A stretch of DNA of 64,000 bases, taken from NCBI GenBank assembly GCA_016208965.1, contig JACQXB010000004.1, positions 12,914-76,913 of the forward strand, written 5' to 3'. Made by a program: the position numbers and the translations under genes. Each line of letters starts with the position of its first letter. The first letter of the stretch is position 1. This DNA comes from Nitrospirota bacterium (lineage in GTDB: Bacteria; Nitrospirota; Thermodesulfovibrionia; UBA6902; DSMQ01). Below, one piece after another: positions 28,624 through 37,967 of the stretch. The notes under the pieces are model-generated. The model was not told the DNA's origin, ran no database searches, and was given only the letters and a program-made list of their open reading frames with translations.

Positions 28624-29022
28624 TCAGATTAACCAGTTTTCTAACTTCAAATCTTCTATCCGCTCAAAATGAAAAACATTATTTGTGATCAAAATGCAAT
28701 CGTTGGATACGGCTACCGAGGCTATCAGAATATCGAAATCTTCGATCACATTACCCCTTGCTCTGAGATCTGTCTTGATCTTTCCAAAGAGTCTTGCAGA
28801 TTCATCGCTCTCAGACAATATAGCCAGGTTTCTCTTGAAGGTTTCTATGCGGTGCAGATTTGCATCAACTTTTTTTGAATTATAGGCGCCGAAATATAGC
28901 TCAGCCAATACGCTATACGACAATGCTAATGAATAGGCCCCAACTTCTTGAACCTTCTTCATCAATTGTTGATTGCCGTTCAAAAGATAAATACATGTAT
29001 TAGTGTCCAAAAGATACTTCAA
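28624..29022 (-). CDS. vapC: VapC PIN-domain toxin
   Basis: MKYLLDTNTCIYLL, DILIASVAV, LITNNVFHFERIEDLKLENW. Confidence 0.88.
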   Translation of the reverse strand: MKYLLDTNTCIYLLNGNQQLMKKVQEVGAYSLALSYSVLAELYFGAYNSKKVDANLHRIETFKRNLAILSESDESARLFGKIKTDLRARGNVIEDFDILIASVAVSNDCILITNNVFHFERIEDLKLENWLI

Positions 29023-29276
29023 AATATCTTCTCTGCCCTGTTGGTAGATTTCCTACTTGAATAAATATCCCTTATCTGCTCTTCAACTGACCTGTCATCT
29101 TCCCATGTGCCACAGACTGAGAGGAATTCTTCGGTTGTTTTTTTCTCATCAAATTCAGAAAGCATGATCTCGCTTCTCATGAAATGGATTATCCTTGCCA
29201 GTTTTTCCTGCGCTGGTGCAGGTAATGCCTGCATTTCTCTAAGCACCTTTTCTTCATAGACCGTTTTCGTATGCAT
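29019..29276 (-). CDS. Putative antitoxin of the downstream VapC
   Basis: 85 aa; 4-nt overlap with vapC; the family was not recognised. Confidence 0.5.
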   Translation of the reverse strand: MHTKTVYEEKVLREMQALPAPAQEKLARIIHFMRSEIMLSEFDEKKTTEEFLSVCGTWEDDRSVEEQIRDIYSSRKSTNRAEKIF

Positions 29277-29831
29277 AAAACCTCCTTTATAAATTTCTGC
29301 GCTTCAGATATGGCAGTCCCGGCAGATGCACTATCCAATTTTCTTGCCCTCTATTATAACATTGTTCTCATTTTTTACCAGTTCTATTTTATCAAAACGG
29401 TAATGTCAAAACTTCTGTGTAAATTCATTTAAGGGTTTAATTCTCCATTAAAAGTTAGAAATAAATAAATAATAGGGACACTTCCCATATTATTATATTT
29501 GCTGATTAATTTTTTCATATTCTATGTATGGTTCAAACCTTCACAGAATTGGGGTCTTGAATCTTGAATTTTCCTTTCATCGTCCTCGCTATCCCTTTCC
29601 TCCGAATAACGTTCCCCATGGGGAATTTCTTACTTATTTCAACCAAAAAACCATTCATAATCATCATGGCTGCCGACCCAGAACCATGTCACTGCATGAA
29701 ACAGGGGGTCACATCTTCATATATCATTTAATATCTCCTCGACCTTTTTGAAAATCGGAACTATTTTAACTTTCCTTATATCCGAAACCTTTTGATTACT
29801 CCCGATTTTATGCCTTTCGGTAAACTCTATT

Positions 29832-30263
29832 TTACCAAGCCATTCGTTTTATAAATTCACTGGCTGTATTAATATCAATCCCTGCATAAGTCTTCAGGTT
29901 TAATAGATGACTATCACCTGAAACAATAACAGTTGCCTGTGCCGATATAGCACATTCCAATACCCGATTATCGTCAGGGTCTTCTTTTATCACATTAATC
30001 GTATGCCCCGCTTCTACTAAAGTGACGAACAATGCAATCTTTGCAACTGCCTTTTCAACAGCGTATTCTTTGCCTTCAAGCTTTTTAGAGAACTTCTCCC
30101 TTTTTAAAACTCCCTCTAACTTGTTCAATATTTCCATTGATACAAAAAGATGAATTTCTTTTCTCTCAGATTTCTCAAGAATCCTGGCTTCATTACCGTT
30201 CCACAAAAGTCCTGAAATAAGGGTATTCGTATCAAGAACGACCTTTTTCAAAATTACCGTCAT
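29832..30263 (-). CDS. PIN-family toxin (TIGR00305-like)
   Basis: VVLDTNTLISGLLW start; D-rich C-terminal VSGDSHLL. Confidence 0.78.
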   Translation of the reverse strand: MTVILKKVVLDTNTLISGLLWNGNEARILEKSERKEIHLFVSMEILNKLEGVLKREKFSKKLEGKEYAVEKAVAKIALFVTLVEAGHTINVIKEDPDDNRVLECAISAQATVIVSGDSHLLNLKTYAGIDINTASEFIKRMAW

Positions 30264-30517
30264 CCTTTCTTCCTATATTTTTTTATCTCCTCAGCGACAT
30301 CATCGATCTTTAACTTTTCTTTTTTAGCCATCTTCCTGAATGGACCGGCAACTTCACTAAACGTCATATCTTTAAGAGACTTATAAACTCTCTTAAGGTA
30401 TATCGTCTCCGAATCAAAAAAAAGGTCAAATTCCATACCCTTTTTAAGTTTGAACTTATCGCAAACATTCTTAGGAAATTCAATCATACCGCTATCCATC
30501 AGTTTGACTTTTTCCAT
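30260..30517 (-). CDS. AbrB/MazE/SpoVT-fold antitoxin
   Basis: IEFPKNVCDKFKLKKGMEFDLFFD; overlaps the PIN gene start. Confidence 0.72.
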   Translation of the reverse strand: MEKVKLMDSGMIEFPKNVCDKFKLKKGMEFDLFFDSETIYLKRVYKSLKDMTFSEVAGPFRKMAKKEKLKIDDVAEEIKKYRKKG

Positions 30518-30540
30518 ATCTCTCCCTCCGCAATTTTTAG

Positions 30541-30572
30541 GGATGAAAAGGGACTCAACCCTTTTTCATCCT
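30541..30572. terminator. Strong 12-bp hairpin GGATGAAAAGGG/CCCTTTTTCATCC between two TA modules
   Basis: Read directly; lies between the MNT module and the abrB-PIN module. Confidence 0.4.
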
Positions 30573-30622
30573 CTAAACCAAGTTTTTCTCCGACACAAAA
30601 ACTTTTGTCTTATCAATAACCT

Positions 30623-30709
30623 CTACGAGTATCTCAACATCTCAACTGCCCGGTCCAGTCTGTTAAAGTCTTCTTTTAGCTCTCTTATCATTAAGGCTTC
30701 GGATTTCAT
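30623..30709 (-). pseudogene. Possible truncated HEPN partner of the MNT gene (28 codons)
   Basis: ATGA overlap with the MNT stop. MKSEALMIRELKEDFNRLDRAVEMLRYS*, then a stop. Assignment rests on position and a weak N-terminal resemblance. Confidence 0.3.
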
Positions 30710-30993
30710 AGTCTTACTCCTTCATGCAGCGCTATCTGCTTAAAAGTGTCTTCTTCTTTAAAGGTAGAGGAAATTATATCAAGCTTCTGTTCACCAAACT
30801 TTTCAAAATAATGCCATCTTATTGTGGCCTTTTCCTTCCAGCGTATTTTTCTATTCGATAGAACCATAATATCTATGTCTCCGCCCCTTTTTTTGTCATC
30901 TGCCCGTGAACCAAAGAGATAAACTACTGCGTCCGGTACAATAGCCAAAATCTCATTTTTCAGAAAATCTATTTGTTCACGTGAAATTCTCAT
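30706..30993 (-). CDS. Minimal nucleotidyltransferase (MNT, type VII TA antitoxin-like)
   Basis: LFGSRADDKKRGGDIDIMV (GS...DxD). Confidence 0.85.
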   Translation of the reverse strand: MRISREQIDFLKNEILAIVPDAVVYLFGSRADDKKRGGDIDIMVLSNRKIRWKEKATIRWHYFEKFGEQKLDIISSTFKEEDTFKQIALHEGVRL

Positions 30994-31278
30994 TTTTATT
31001 CAAGCCCTTTCCATTCCATGAACAAAGCCGCGACCTCCCGTGCTTTGCCGTTTATCCCCACCGCAAAAGACATTGTCATTAAAAGCCGTTGTAAACTATG
31101 CCCATCCACCCTTTTATTTTATCAAAATGACATGGGGAATGGACAGCAGTAATTGATTCTATAAAGCAAGGTTCCTTTTCACATATACGTCATGCCATAC
31201 AACGTGGTTTTTTTTCATGTCTTATAAAAATTGAACGCTGAACGCAGAGAGCATGGAGCAAAGCGTTTTAAATCTCAC

Positions 31279-31313
31279 TGCTCATTGCTCATTGCTTTTG
31301 CCTCATTGCTATT
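31279..31313. repeat. GCTCATT-type heptamer array (i)
   Basis: tgctcat tgctcat tgctttt gcctcat tgctatt, overlapping the stop of the TPR gene. Confidence 0.8.
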
Positions 31314-32187
31314 CCTCTATCCCCTTCCATTCAAAGAATAACTGCACTGCCATTTCCGCATCAGGGTTATCAGGCGCAATGCCTTTTATCACTTTCTTAT
31401 CCTTTGATATCCGCCAAGCTATCTCAAGCGCGGCAAAAAGATAGCTATTATAAAGCCGGGATAAGTTTGTGGGATGCATTGTCTCTGACATAATCTTTTT
31501 CCTGATATTTTCAGGAGAGGTCTGGTAGCTGTCGTCTATTTTTGCAAGTATCCTTGCCTGCTCAAGCGCCTCTCCTTTTCTGCCTGTAAGGAGGTAGTGC
31601 ATTGCAATCGCATACCTCATGGGCGCATTTACAGGAGCTGCGGCAACAGCCTTTGCAAATTCTTTTTCTGCAAGCCGGGCATTACTGATATTTCTGTCAT
31701 AAAGCTTTCCGAGCGCCAGATGATAATCAGGATTCGCAGGCTCAAGATAAACCGCTTTTTTAAGGTATCTCGCTGAGTTTTCAAAAGCCTCTTTGGCTGA
31801 TACGGCTCCGGCAGGAAGGGGTTCAGCAACAGCGTCCATGCTTTCTGCCCATCTTCCGAGCATTGAATATATATCAGACAGTCCCTTATGATAGATAGAC
31901 TTTGACGGAACAAGAGCGGATGCTTTTTTCAGGGATAAGAGGGCGTCATTGTAATCAGATATTGTATCACCTGAGATACCCTTCATATCAAAATATTCTG
32001 TGGATTTATCATCAAGGATATAAGCCACCCTGCTATGATAATAGTCTGCAATAAGCATTCTGACGGGAAACGAGAGCAGAACGGCAATAAACAAAGCAAT
32101 GAGCAATGAGTTAAAAGATAGCAATGAGGTTAAAGGCAGCCTCGTTGCTCGTTGCTCGTTGCTCGTTGCTCGTTGCTCATTGCTCAT
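31309..32187 (-). CDS. TPR-repeat protein with an N-terminal TM anchor
   Basis: TM LLIALFIAVLL; several TPR-like helices (YLEPANPDYHLALGKLY and others). The N-terminus MSNEQRATSNEQRAT is encoded by heptamer repeats. Confidence 0.7.
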   Translation of the reverse strand: MSNEQRATSNEQRATRLPLTSLLSFNSLLIALFIAVLLSFPVRMLIADYYHSRVAYILDDKSTEYFDMKGISGDTISDYNDALLSLKKASALVPSKSIYHKGLSDIYSMLGRWAESMDAVAEPLPAGAVSAKEAFENSARYLKKAVYLEPANPDYHLALGKLYDRNISNARLAEKEFAKAVAAAPVNAPMRYAIAMHYLLTGRKGEALEQARILAKIDDSYQTSPENIRKKIMSETMHPTNLSRLYNSYLFAALEIAWRISKDKKVIKGIAPDNPDAEMAVQLFFEWKGIEE

Positions 32188-32230
32188 TGCTCATTGCTCA
32201 TTGCTCATTGCTCGTTGCTCATTGCTCATT
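32096..32230. repeat. GAGCAAT/GCTCRTT heptamer array (ii): short forward part, then about 13 inverted-orientation units
   Basis: agcaatgagcaatgag at 32096-32111; ctcgttg/ctcattg units at 32141-32230. Confidence 0.9.
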
Positions 32231-32635
32231 TTACGCTTGATCACGTTGTTTCCTAATGGCTATTTTGAGACCACCTATTATCCGGGAGACCTCAATCGCC
32301 AGGTCGCTTATATCCTTAAACTCTTCTGATGTAATATATCCAACATCAAGGGCTGCATAAAGTTGCGAACGGAGTTCAGCGCAAGATGCCTTTGCAATAA
32401 CAATGAATTGATGAAATTCTGCTCTACTACCACGCTCAAAGCCTTCAGCAAGATTTGACATGATTGATACAGCGGCTCTTTGAATTTGTTCGCGCAGTCC
32501 AAAATCCCTTGAGAATGCTCCCTTTCCAGTCATATGGTAAACATGTTTTGTTAATTTTCTGGCCTTTTGCCATGCAACAAGATCCTCAAACTTTTCAACT
32601 TTCATTTTTCTTCCTACTCGTTGCTCATTGCTCAT
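32231..32635 (-). CDS. Four-helix-bundle protein (23S rRNA intervening-sequence protein / Avd-like family)
   Basis: [13 protein letters not shown]...[42 protein letters not shown]. The likely true start is MKVEKF at 32605; the first 10 codons are heptamer-repeat sequence. Confidence 0.85.
   Translation of the reverse strand: MSNEQRVGRKMKVEKFEDLVAWQKARKLTKHVYHMTGKGAFSRDFGLREQIQRAAVSIMSNLAEGFERGSRAEFHQFIVIAKASCAELRSQLYAALDVGYITSEEFKDISDLAIEVSRIIGGLKIAIRKQRDQA
32607..32634. repeat. GCTCRTT heptamer array (iii)
   Basis: ctcgttg ctcattg ctcattg cttgccc. Confidence 0.8.
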
Positions 32636-34190
32636 TGCTTGCCCGCCGGTCTCTTGGAGGGCTCATTACTCTTTGCTCTATGTTCAAGGTTGCATATGTT
32701 AACGCTGCTATTACAGTCAGGAGCAAAGCATTTGCCGGAATTCGCATGTTGAAATCCGTAAAACTGTGAACTGCTATTGCTACGCATGAGGCAAGCCCGG
32801 ATGCAGCCATGCACTTCACAAAATTATTATGCCTCTGACGCCATGCCTTTATAATCTTATAGAAAAAAAAGAAGAGCATCGTAATGACAATCATAAACCC
32901 TGCGATGCCTGTATCAGTAAAAATCTCTATATAGTCATTATGCGCATGCTCGTACAAGAATCGCGAGCGTCCAGTTTGATACTGAAGGTATATGTTCTCA
33001 AATGTACCGAGACCTGTCCCGAATACAGGGAAGTCCCTGACCATGTTAATTGTATCTTTCCAGATATCCGTCCGAGCTATTTTGCCTTCTTCTCCTATCT
33101 CTTCAAATCTGTCTTCTATTCTGTCCCAGCCTGCAATTAAAACCACTGATAATATCAGAATTCCTGCCATAGCAATAACGCCTGTTTTTTTTCTTAATGT
33201 TCTTCTGGTGCGGATTAGCAATGTGAAAAAGAGCATAGATGCTGTAAACCCTATTATCCCTCCCCTTGAAAGGCTTATGAACAAGACACCAGTCATTCCC
33301 ATAACAGCAAGAGACAGAAGGGTAATCGGCATAAGACTGCCGCTGACTGAGAGATTGGCAATCCTCTTGCTTAATGATAGATCAGGCAGTTCCTTTATTG
33401 TTGATGTCTTATAAAGGAGAAGCCCAATCGCCAGCGGTATTGCCATCTCCATGTATCCTGCAAAATGAGCGTGGCCTATATAGGGCCCCCAGATGTGACC
33501 CATATTTGAATTCAGACCTTCGCTCACAGGGTAAAACCAGAAAAGCCTGCCGTTCCATGTCATCTTCTGAACCACTGCAAAAACCGCAAGAAAACAACCC
33601 ATGTAAACTATGGCACGGGCAAGGCTGTTTACCTGCGGCTTTGTTTTATAGTGGTTAATTATCACCAGAAAAATTACAGTGTAAGCAGTGAGCTTGAAGA
33701 TATCATCTATTGTTGCAGACTGATAAATGCTTATGGTGCGCCATGTGCCTGCCATATCACCCGCAAATGTCTTATATAGCCTGCTTGTGGAAGGTGATAA
33801 CAGAGAGAGCAGATAGTCAGGCAAGGGGATAATCTGAAAGACTGCAATTAATATAAGGGCAGCAGGAAAAATGAGAATGCTCATTGCTCGTTGCTCATTG
33901 CTCATTGCTCGTTGCTCATTGCTCGTTGTTGCTCTTTGCTCATTGCTCTTTGCTCGTTGTATCAGCCATGCGCCGAATATTATGAATGCCATTATCTCCA
34001 TAACGGCTATTGACCAGTCTTGAACAGTTCCAAAAGCAAGAGGGGTGAATATCAAAAGCAGGACAATGCCCTTCTCTATCACAGCATTAAAAAATCCCCC
34101 CTCACCCCCCTTTAGTAAAGGGGGGATGGGGGGATTTTCTTTAAAGAGATTATTACTCTTCTTTAAAAAATTCATACTCTCTGAAGCCAT
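32625..34190 (-). CDS. O-antigen ligase-like (Wzy_C) membrane protein
   Basis: [20 protein letters not shown] motif and about 11 TM helices. The start is uncertain because a palindromic element lies in the first 35 codons. An internal SNEQRA repeat stretch is present. Confidence 0.75.
   Translation of the reverse strand: MASESMNFLKKSNNLFKENPPIPPLLKGGEGGFFNAVIEKGIVLLLIFTPLAFGTVQDWSIAVMEIMAFIIFGAWLIQRAKSNEQRATTSNEQRAMSNEQRAMSILIFPAALILIAVFQIIPLPDYLLSLLSPSTSRLYKTFAGDMAGTWRTISIYQSATIDDIFKLTAYTVIFLVIINHYKTKPQVNSLARAIVYMGCFLAVFAVVQKMTWNGRLFWFYPVSEGLNSNMGHIWGPYIGHAHFAGYMEMAIPLAIGLLLYKTSTIKELPDLSLSKRIANLSVSGSLMPITLLSLAVMGMTGVLFISLSRGGIIGFTASMLFFTLLIRTRRTLRKKTGVIAMAGILILSVVLIAGWDRIEDRFEEIGEEGKIARTDIWKDTINMVRDFPVFGTGLGTFENIYLQYQTGRSRFLYEHAHNDYIEIFTDTGIAGFMIVITMLFFFFYKIIKAWRQRHNNFVKCMAASGLASCVAIAVHSFTDFNMRIPANALLLTVIAALTYATLNIEQRVMSPPRDRRASNEQ
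33879..33960. repeat. GCTCRTT heptamer array (iv), about 11 units, inside the ligase-like ORF
   Basis: Translated as [24 protein letters not shown] between TM helices. Confidence 0.9.
34089..34138. repeat. Palindromic AAAATCCCCC...GGGGGATTTT element
   Basis: aaaaatcccccctcacccccctttagtaaaggggggatggggggatttt. Confidence 0.9.
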
Positions 34191-34948
34191 CTCTTTTTTT
34201 GCCCGACAGGCTCAATGAGTTCAGGCAGGGAAACATGCCTGCCTTCTATGATTGCGGCAGGTATGGATGTAACAAGGGCATATGCCCTTTCCTTTCCTAT
34301 AACATCGCCTGCCATTCGCACTGCATGAGACAGCAGCGGCTGCCTGTATGTGGCAGAATGCGCATCACTGGCGATCACATGAGCAAGATTATGTTTAAGA
34401 AGGTATATGCTGAATTTCTGTATATCCTCACCCAGATCACCGGTTATGCTCATTGCCGTAACCTGCACCATAACGCCTTTTTTTACAACATCATACAGCG
34501 AATTAGGGTGTTCCAGAAACCACAAATTTCTCTCAGGATGGGTGATTACAGGAATTGTCCCTGAATTCAAAATAGAGAGCAGGAACATATCCCATCCGGG
34601 CGGCGCTGACGCAGCCGGAAACTCTGCGAGGAAGTATCTGCCTGTTCTGTTTATTGTCAGGTATTCTTCTTTTTTCAGATAAGCCGGCAGTTCAGGCGTA
34701 ACACTTACATCAGCGCCGGGCAGTATCCTGACATCAATGCCCCTTTCTTTTGCTTTAGCGCCAAGCTCATCTATAAGCCTGAAAACTTTTTCAGAACTGT
34801 TTTCATAGGTGCCGGGATTGAAATGAGGGGTTGCGACTATGGTCTTTATGCCGTCTGCCGAAGCAATGCGGCACATATCAACTGCCTCATCTATTGTCTC
34901 AGGCCCGTCATCAATGCCGGGGAGGATATGGCAGTGGAGGTCTATCAT
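34172..34948 (-). CDS. cpsB: PHP-family protein-tyrosine phosphatase (CpsB/YwqE type)
   Basis: MIDLHCHILPGIDDGP, ATPH, HPER, ASDAH metal-binding motifs. Confidence 0.9.
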   Translation of the reverse strand: MIDLHCHILPGIDDGPETIDEAVDMCRIASADGIKTIVATPHFNPGTYENSSEKVFRLIDELGAKAKERGIDVRILPGADVSVTPELPAYLKKEEYLTINRTGRYFLAEFPAASAPPGWDMFLLSILNSGTIPVITHPERNLWFLEHPNSLYDVVKKGVMVQVTAMSITGDLGEDIQKFSIYLLKHNLAHVIASDAHSATYRQPLLSHAVRMAGDVIGKERAYALVTSIPAAIIEGRHVSLPELIEPVGQKKRWLQRV

Positions 34949-37149
34949 GCCTTTTTCTTCTTACTGTCCTTTTCGCCTGTATAATAATCATGGTCATAGT
35001 AAGGGTAATAATATGAGCTGCTTTTTGTCATGGCAACCTTGTTAAGCACAACACCAAGCACCTTTGCATTTGCGCCTGTCAGAGATTGGCATGCCTTCGC
35101 TATTATGTCCCTGCCGGTAACCCCTCCCCACACAACCACAATGACGCCGTCTGCAAGTTTTGACAATATAAGCGAGTCTGAAAAAACCATCATTGGCGGA
35201 GAATCAATTATAATGCGGTCGTATTTCCCCCGCAGCAGAGTCAGCAGTTCTTTCATCTTGTTGGAGCCAAGCAGGTCTGACGGATTCGGTGCCACTGTCC
35301 CGCCTGTAATTATATCTAAATTGGGGAATCCATCCACTGTCTTGATTGCAGTAGAAAGGCTCTCATTCCTTGCTATTATATCGGTGAGTCCTGTTGTGTT
35401 GTCAGAGTTGAATAGTTTATGGAGATTGTGCCTTCTCATATCACCGTCTATAAGAATCGCTTTCTCGCCCATCTGCGCCATTGCAATGGCAATATTGGCA
35501 GCTGTTGTTGTCTTGCCTTCATCAATAACCGTGCTTGTGACAAGGATGACCTGTGGAGGTTTTTCCGCTGTAGAGAGCATTATGCCTGTGCGTACTGTCC
35601 TATATGACTCAGCCACTGCTGATTTTGGGTCTAATGATATATACAGGGGGCCCTTTTCCTTTGCCAGAGGCACAAGACCCAAAAAAGGCAGTCCGAGCGC
35701 CTTATCAATATCCTCTGTTGTCTTTATGGAGTCATCCATATATTCTATGAAGAACGCCGCAAGGATACCTCCAAAAAACCCGACTATTCCTGATAGAAGC
35801 AGATTCAGCAGCTTTTTAGGTTTTACAGGTGATTTAGGTATAACAGCACCGTCAACTATCTGGGAATTTGATACATTGATTCCGCTTGAGAGAGACGCTT
35901 CCTGAAGTTTCCTGAGAAGAAGCTCATAAAACTGTTTATTGCTGCCTGATTCTCCGGCAAGCACATTAAACTCTATTGCCTTGCGGTTCAGGTCAAGAAC
36001 TTCAAGCTTCTGCTCCTCTATGGTTCTCCTCAGCGATGTCTCCCTGTTCATGGCAATCTCATAATCAGTATTTGCCGCGCTCAGCATCTTCTTTGCCTCT
36101 GCAATTATGTTCTTCTGCACCATCTCAAGCTCGGATGCTGATTTTACTATGCTGGGATGTTTGGGTCCGTATCTGTCTGACGACTCGGAAATCTTCTTCT
36201 TTAATGTGAGTTCCTCATTCCTTAAACCCTGAATCACCATGTTATTCATAATATCCGGAACGGTTGTAAGCAGTTCAGGCATGTCAATAACAGACTTTAT
36301 CTGTTTATATTTTACCTCTGCCTCCTGCCTCTTTGTCTCTGCCTGAACAAGCTGGGAAACAAGTTCCTGAAGTTTCTGCGTGATTACATTCTCCTTGGAC
36401 TCAAATGATACTATGCCTTTGCCTTCCCTGTATTTCTGGAGTTCTTTTTCGGTTTCTTCCACCTTTGCCTTTGATTCATTCACCCTTGAGGAAAGCCACT
36501 CAACAGAGGCCATGAAAGGCTCTATGCGTATATCCAGATTATGCTCTATGTAAGCGCCTGCCGCGCCTGTAGCCATAACTGCGGCTACCACAGGGTTTTC
36601 AGAATTATAGTTAATCTTCATAATGTTATCCGCCTTGCCGACCTCAACCTCTATCTCCTCAAGAATTATATCTGTGAGATCAGGGTCAAGCTCCTGCTGA
36701 ATTGCAATATTAGGGAATGGAGACTGCGATTTTTCCCCGGGGAATAAAGTTTCTATGGCGCCTTTAATCTTCCTGCCCAGAAGAGGTATAAGGCTGTTAA
36801 TCCTCTTATCCTTTTTTTCGAGATAAAAGGGGTTCTTGTCAATCTGCATCTTCCTTACAACCCTGTCTGCAAATGCCCTGCTGGCTAATATCTCCTTCTG
36901 GGTATTGTAGTATTCTGTAGGGTCCTTCATACGGATGAATGCCCCCCCGCCTTCTGTAAAGGTCATGGTCTGATTGCTCTCAAGGTCAACCAGCAACCGT
37001 GCTGTGCCCTTAAATATAGGGGTTGCCGTGAATGAATATAGGGCAACAATGCCGACTACAACAGCGAAGAATGTTATCGCAATGCGCCTACGTTTTAAAA
37101 GCACCCGCCAGTAGTCCCGCAGATGTATCTCATCGTCTATTGCCTTCAT
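34945..37149 (-). CDS. wzc: Polysaccharide co-polymerase fused to a BY-tyrosine kinase (Wzc/GumC-EpsG type)
   Basis: N-terminal Wzz domain with TM, long coiled coil, second TM, Walker A VIDEGKTTTAANIA, DGDMRR, tyrosine-rich tail SSSYYYPYYDHDYYTGE. Confidence 0.9.
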   Translation of the reverse strand: MKAIDDEIHLRDYWRVLLKRRRIAITFFAVVVGIVALYSFTATPIFKGTARLLVDLESNQTMTFTEGGGAFIRMKDPTEYYNTQKEILASRAFADRVVRKMQIDKNPFYLEKKDKRINSLIPLLGRKIKGAIETLFPGEKSQSPFPNIAIQQELDPDLTDIILEEIEVEVGKADNIMKINYNSENPVVAAVMATGAAGAYIEHNLDIRIEPFMASVEWLSSRVNESKAKVEETEKELQKYREGKGIVSFESKENVITQKLQELVSQLVQAETKRQEAEVKYKQIKSVIDMPELLTTVPDIMNNMVIQGLRNEELTLKKKISESSDRYGPKHPSIVKSASELEMVQKNIIAEAKKMLSAANTDYEIAMNRETSLRRTIEEQKLEVLDLNRKAIEFNVLAGESGSNKQFYELLLRKLQEASLSSGINVSNSQIVDGAVIPKSPVKPKKLLNLLLSGIVGFFGGILAAFFIEYMDDSIKTTEDIDKALGLPFLGLVPLAKEKGPLYISLDPKSAVAESYRTVRTGIMLSTAEKPPQVILVTSTVIDEGKTTTAANIAIAMAQMGEKAILIDGDMRRHNLHKLFNSDNTTGLTDIIARNESLSTAIKTVDGFPNLDIITGGTVAPNPSDLLGSNKMKELLTLLRGKYDRIIIDSPPMMVFSDSLILSKLADGVIVVVWGGVTGRDIIAKACQSLTGANAKVLGVVLNKVAMTKSSSYYYPYYDHDYYTGEKDSKKKKA

Positions 37150-37161
37150 TTATATTCCTCC

Positions 37162-37944
37162 TTAGAAAAAACTCTCCGGCACAAATACAATGTCATCCGG
37201 CATTACAAGGTCGTCCATCTTAGTCCTGATTTCAACCTCGCCCTTTTCTGTCTTGCGTATAATCTTTGTCCTGCCCTGCCATGCCTTCGGCGTAAAACCG
37301 CCTGCAAGCGTTATTGCTCTTAAAACAGTAAGGCCCTTTGTTATCTTGTAAGCCCCGGCGGTCTTTACCTCGCCGTTTACATATACAAATGCAGCCCTTG
37401 GCAGATAGATGCTGTCGCCGTCAAACACAGCCACATTAGCGGTCACATCCCCTTTTTCAACCAGTCTTGTCAGCTCAACAGTTATTGTAACATCTTCCTT
37501 GCTGCTGCTTTCGGGCTTTAAAATCTTCCTCTGGATATAAAGCATCTCGCCTGCATTTACTGTAATGCCGCCTGCGCCTGATATAACTTCCATCAGAGTT
37601 GAACTACCCCTGAGCTCTACAAGTCCGGGCTTGGCGAACTCACCGAGCACTGTTACCTTTTTGCTCTTATACTCTGCTATAAAAACAGCTACCTGGGGCC
37701 TCTTTATATAACCATCCTGAAGGAGTTTGGCTATTCTCTTTTCCACATCTATTGCGGTTAACCCGTTTACCTCAACCTCGCCGATAAGCGGGAATGTAAT
37801 CTTGCCGTCTCCGCTGACCCTTGCATCTGTAGCAAGATCAGGATTGTCGTATACTGTTATTCTCAGCAGATCTCCCTCGCCTATCATATATTCCTGAGCA
37901 TTTAAAGTAAAAGGGATAAGAGAAAACAAAAATATAAAAACCAT
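37162..37944 (-). CDS. wza: Polysaccharide export protein (Wza-like, Poly_export + SLBB)
   Basis: YMIGEGDLLRITVYDNPDL...GKITFPLIGEVEVNGLT. Start taken at MVFIFLFSLIPFTLNA (signal peptide). The ORF-track extension to 38166 translates palindromic repeats. Confidence 0.85.
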   Translation of the reverse strand: MVFIFLFSLIPFTLNAQEYMIGEGDLLRITVYDNPDLATDARVSGDGKITFPLIGEVEVNGLTAIDVEKRIAKLLQDGYIKRPQVAVFIAEYKSKKVTVLGEFAKPGLVELRGSSTLMEVISGAGGITVNAGEMLYIQRKILKPESSSKEDVTITVELTRLVEKGDVTANVAVFDGDSIYLPRAAFVYVNGEVKTAGAYKITKGLTVLRAITLAGGFTPKAWQGRTKIIRKTEKGEVEIRTKMDDLVMPDDIVFVPESFF

Positions 37945-37967
37945 CTGTAGAAATATGGTGTTCACCT

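Noticed and set aside
25600-31000. Calling the TA island a bona fide integron
   Set aside because: There is no intI gene in the window, and I could not identify RYYYAAC/GTTRRRY attC boxes by eye. It is kept only as a hypothesis to test computationally.
31159-31218. Short minus-strand frame MKKNHVVWHDVYVKRNLAL* resembling the N-terminus of APS kinase (CysC)
   Set aside because: It is only 19 residues, followed by a stop, with no P-loop downstream in any frame. It is tempting given the sulfation genes but too short to assert.
32231-32635. Four-helix-bundle (Avd-like) gene as part of a diversity-generating retroelement
   Set aside because: There is no reverse transcriptase and no template/variable repeat pair with adenine-specific differences in the window. 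The flanking repeats are 7-bp tandem arrays, not TR/VR.
35030-35905. Long antisense ORFs opposite well-supported genes (for example 35030..35905 in wzc, 12532..13053 in aroA, 53309..53728 in dxs, 46581..47075 in bioW)
   Set aside because: They are low-complexity or Ser/Pro/Ile-rich translations with no motifs, and they are fully embedded in conserved genes on the other strand. These are typical shadow ORFs.
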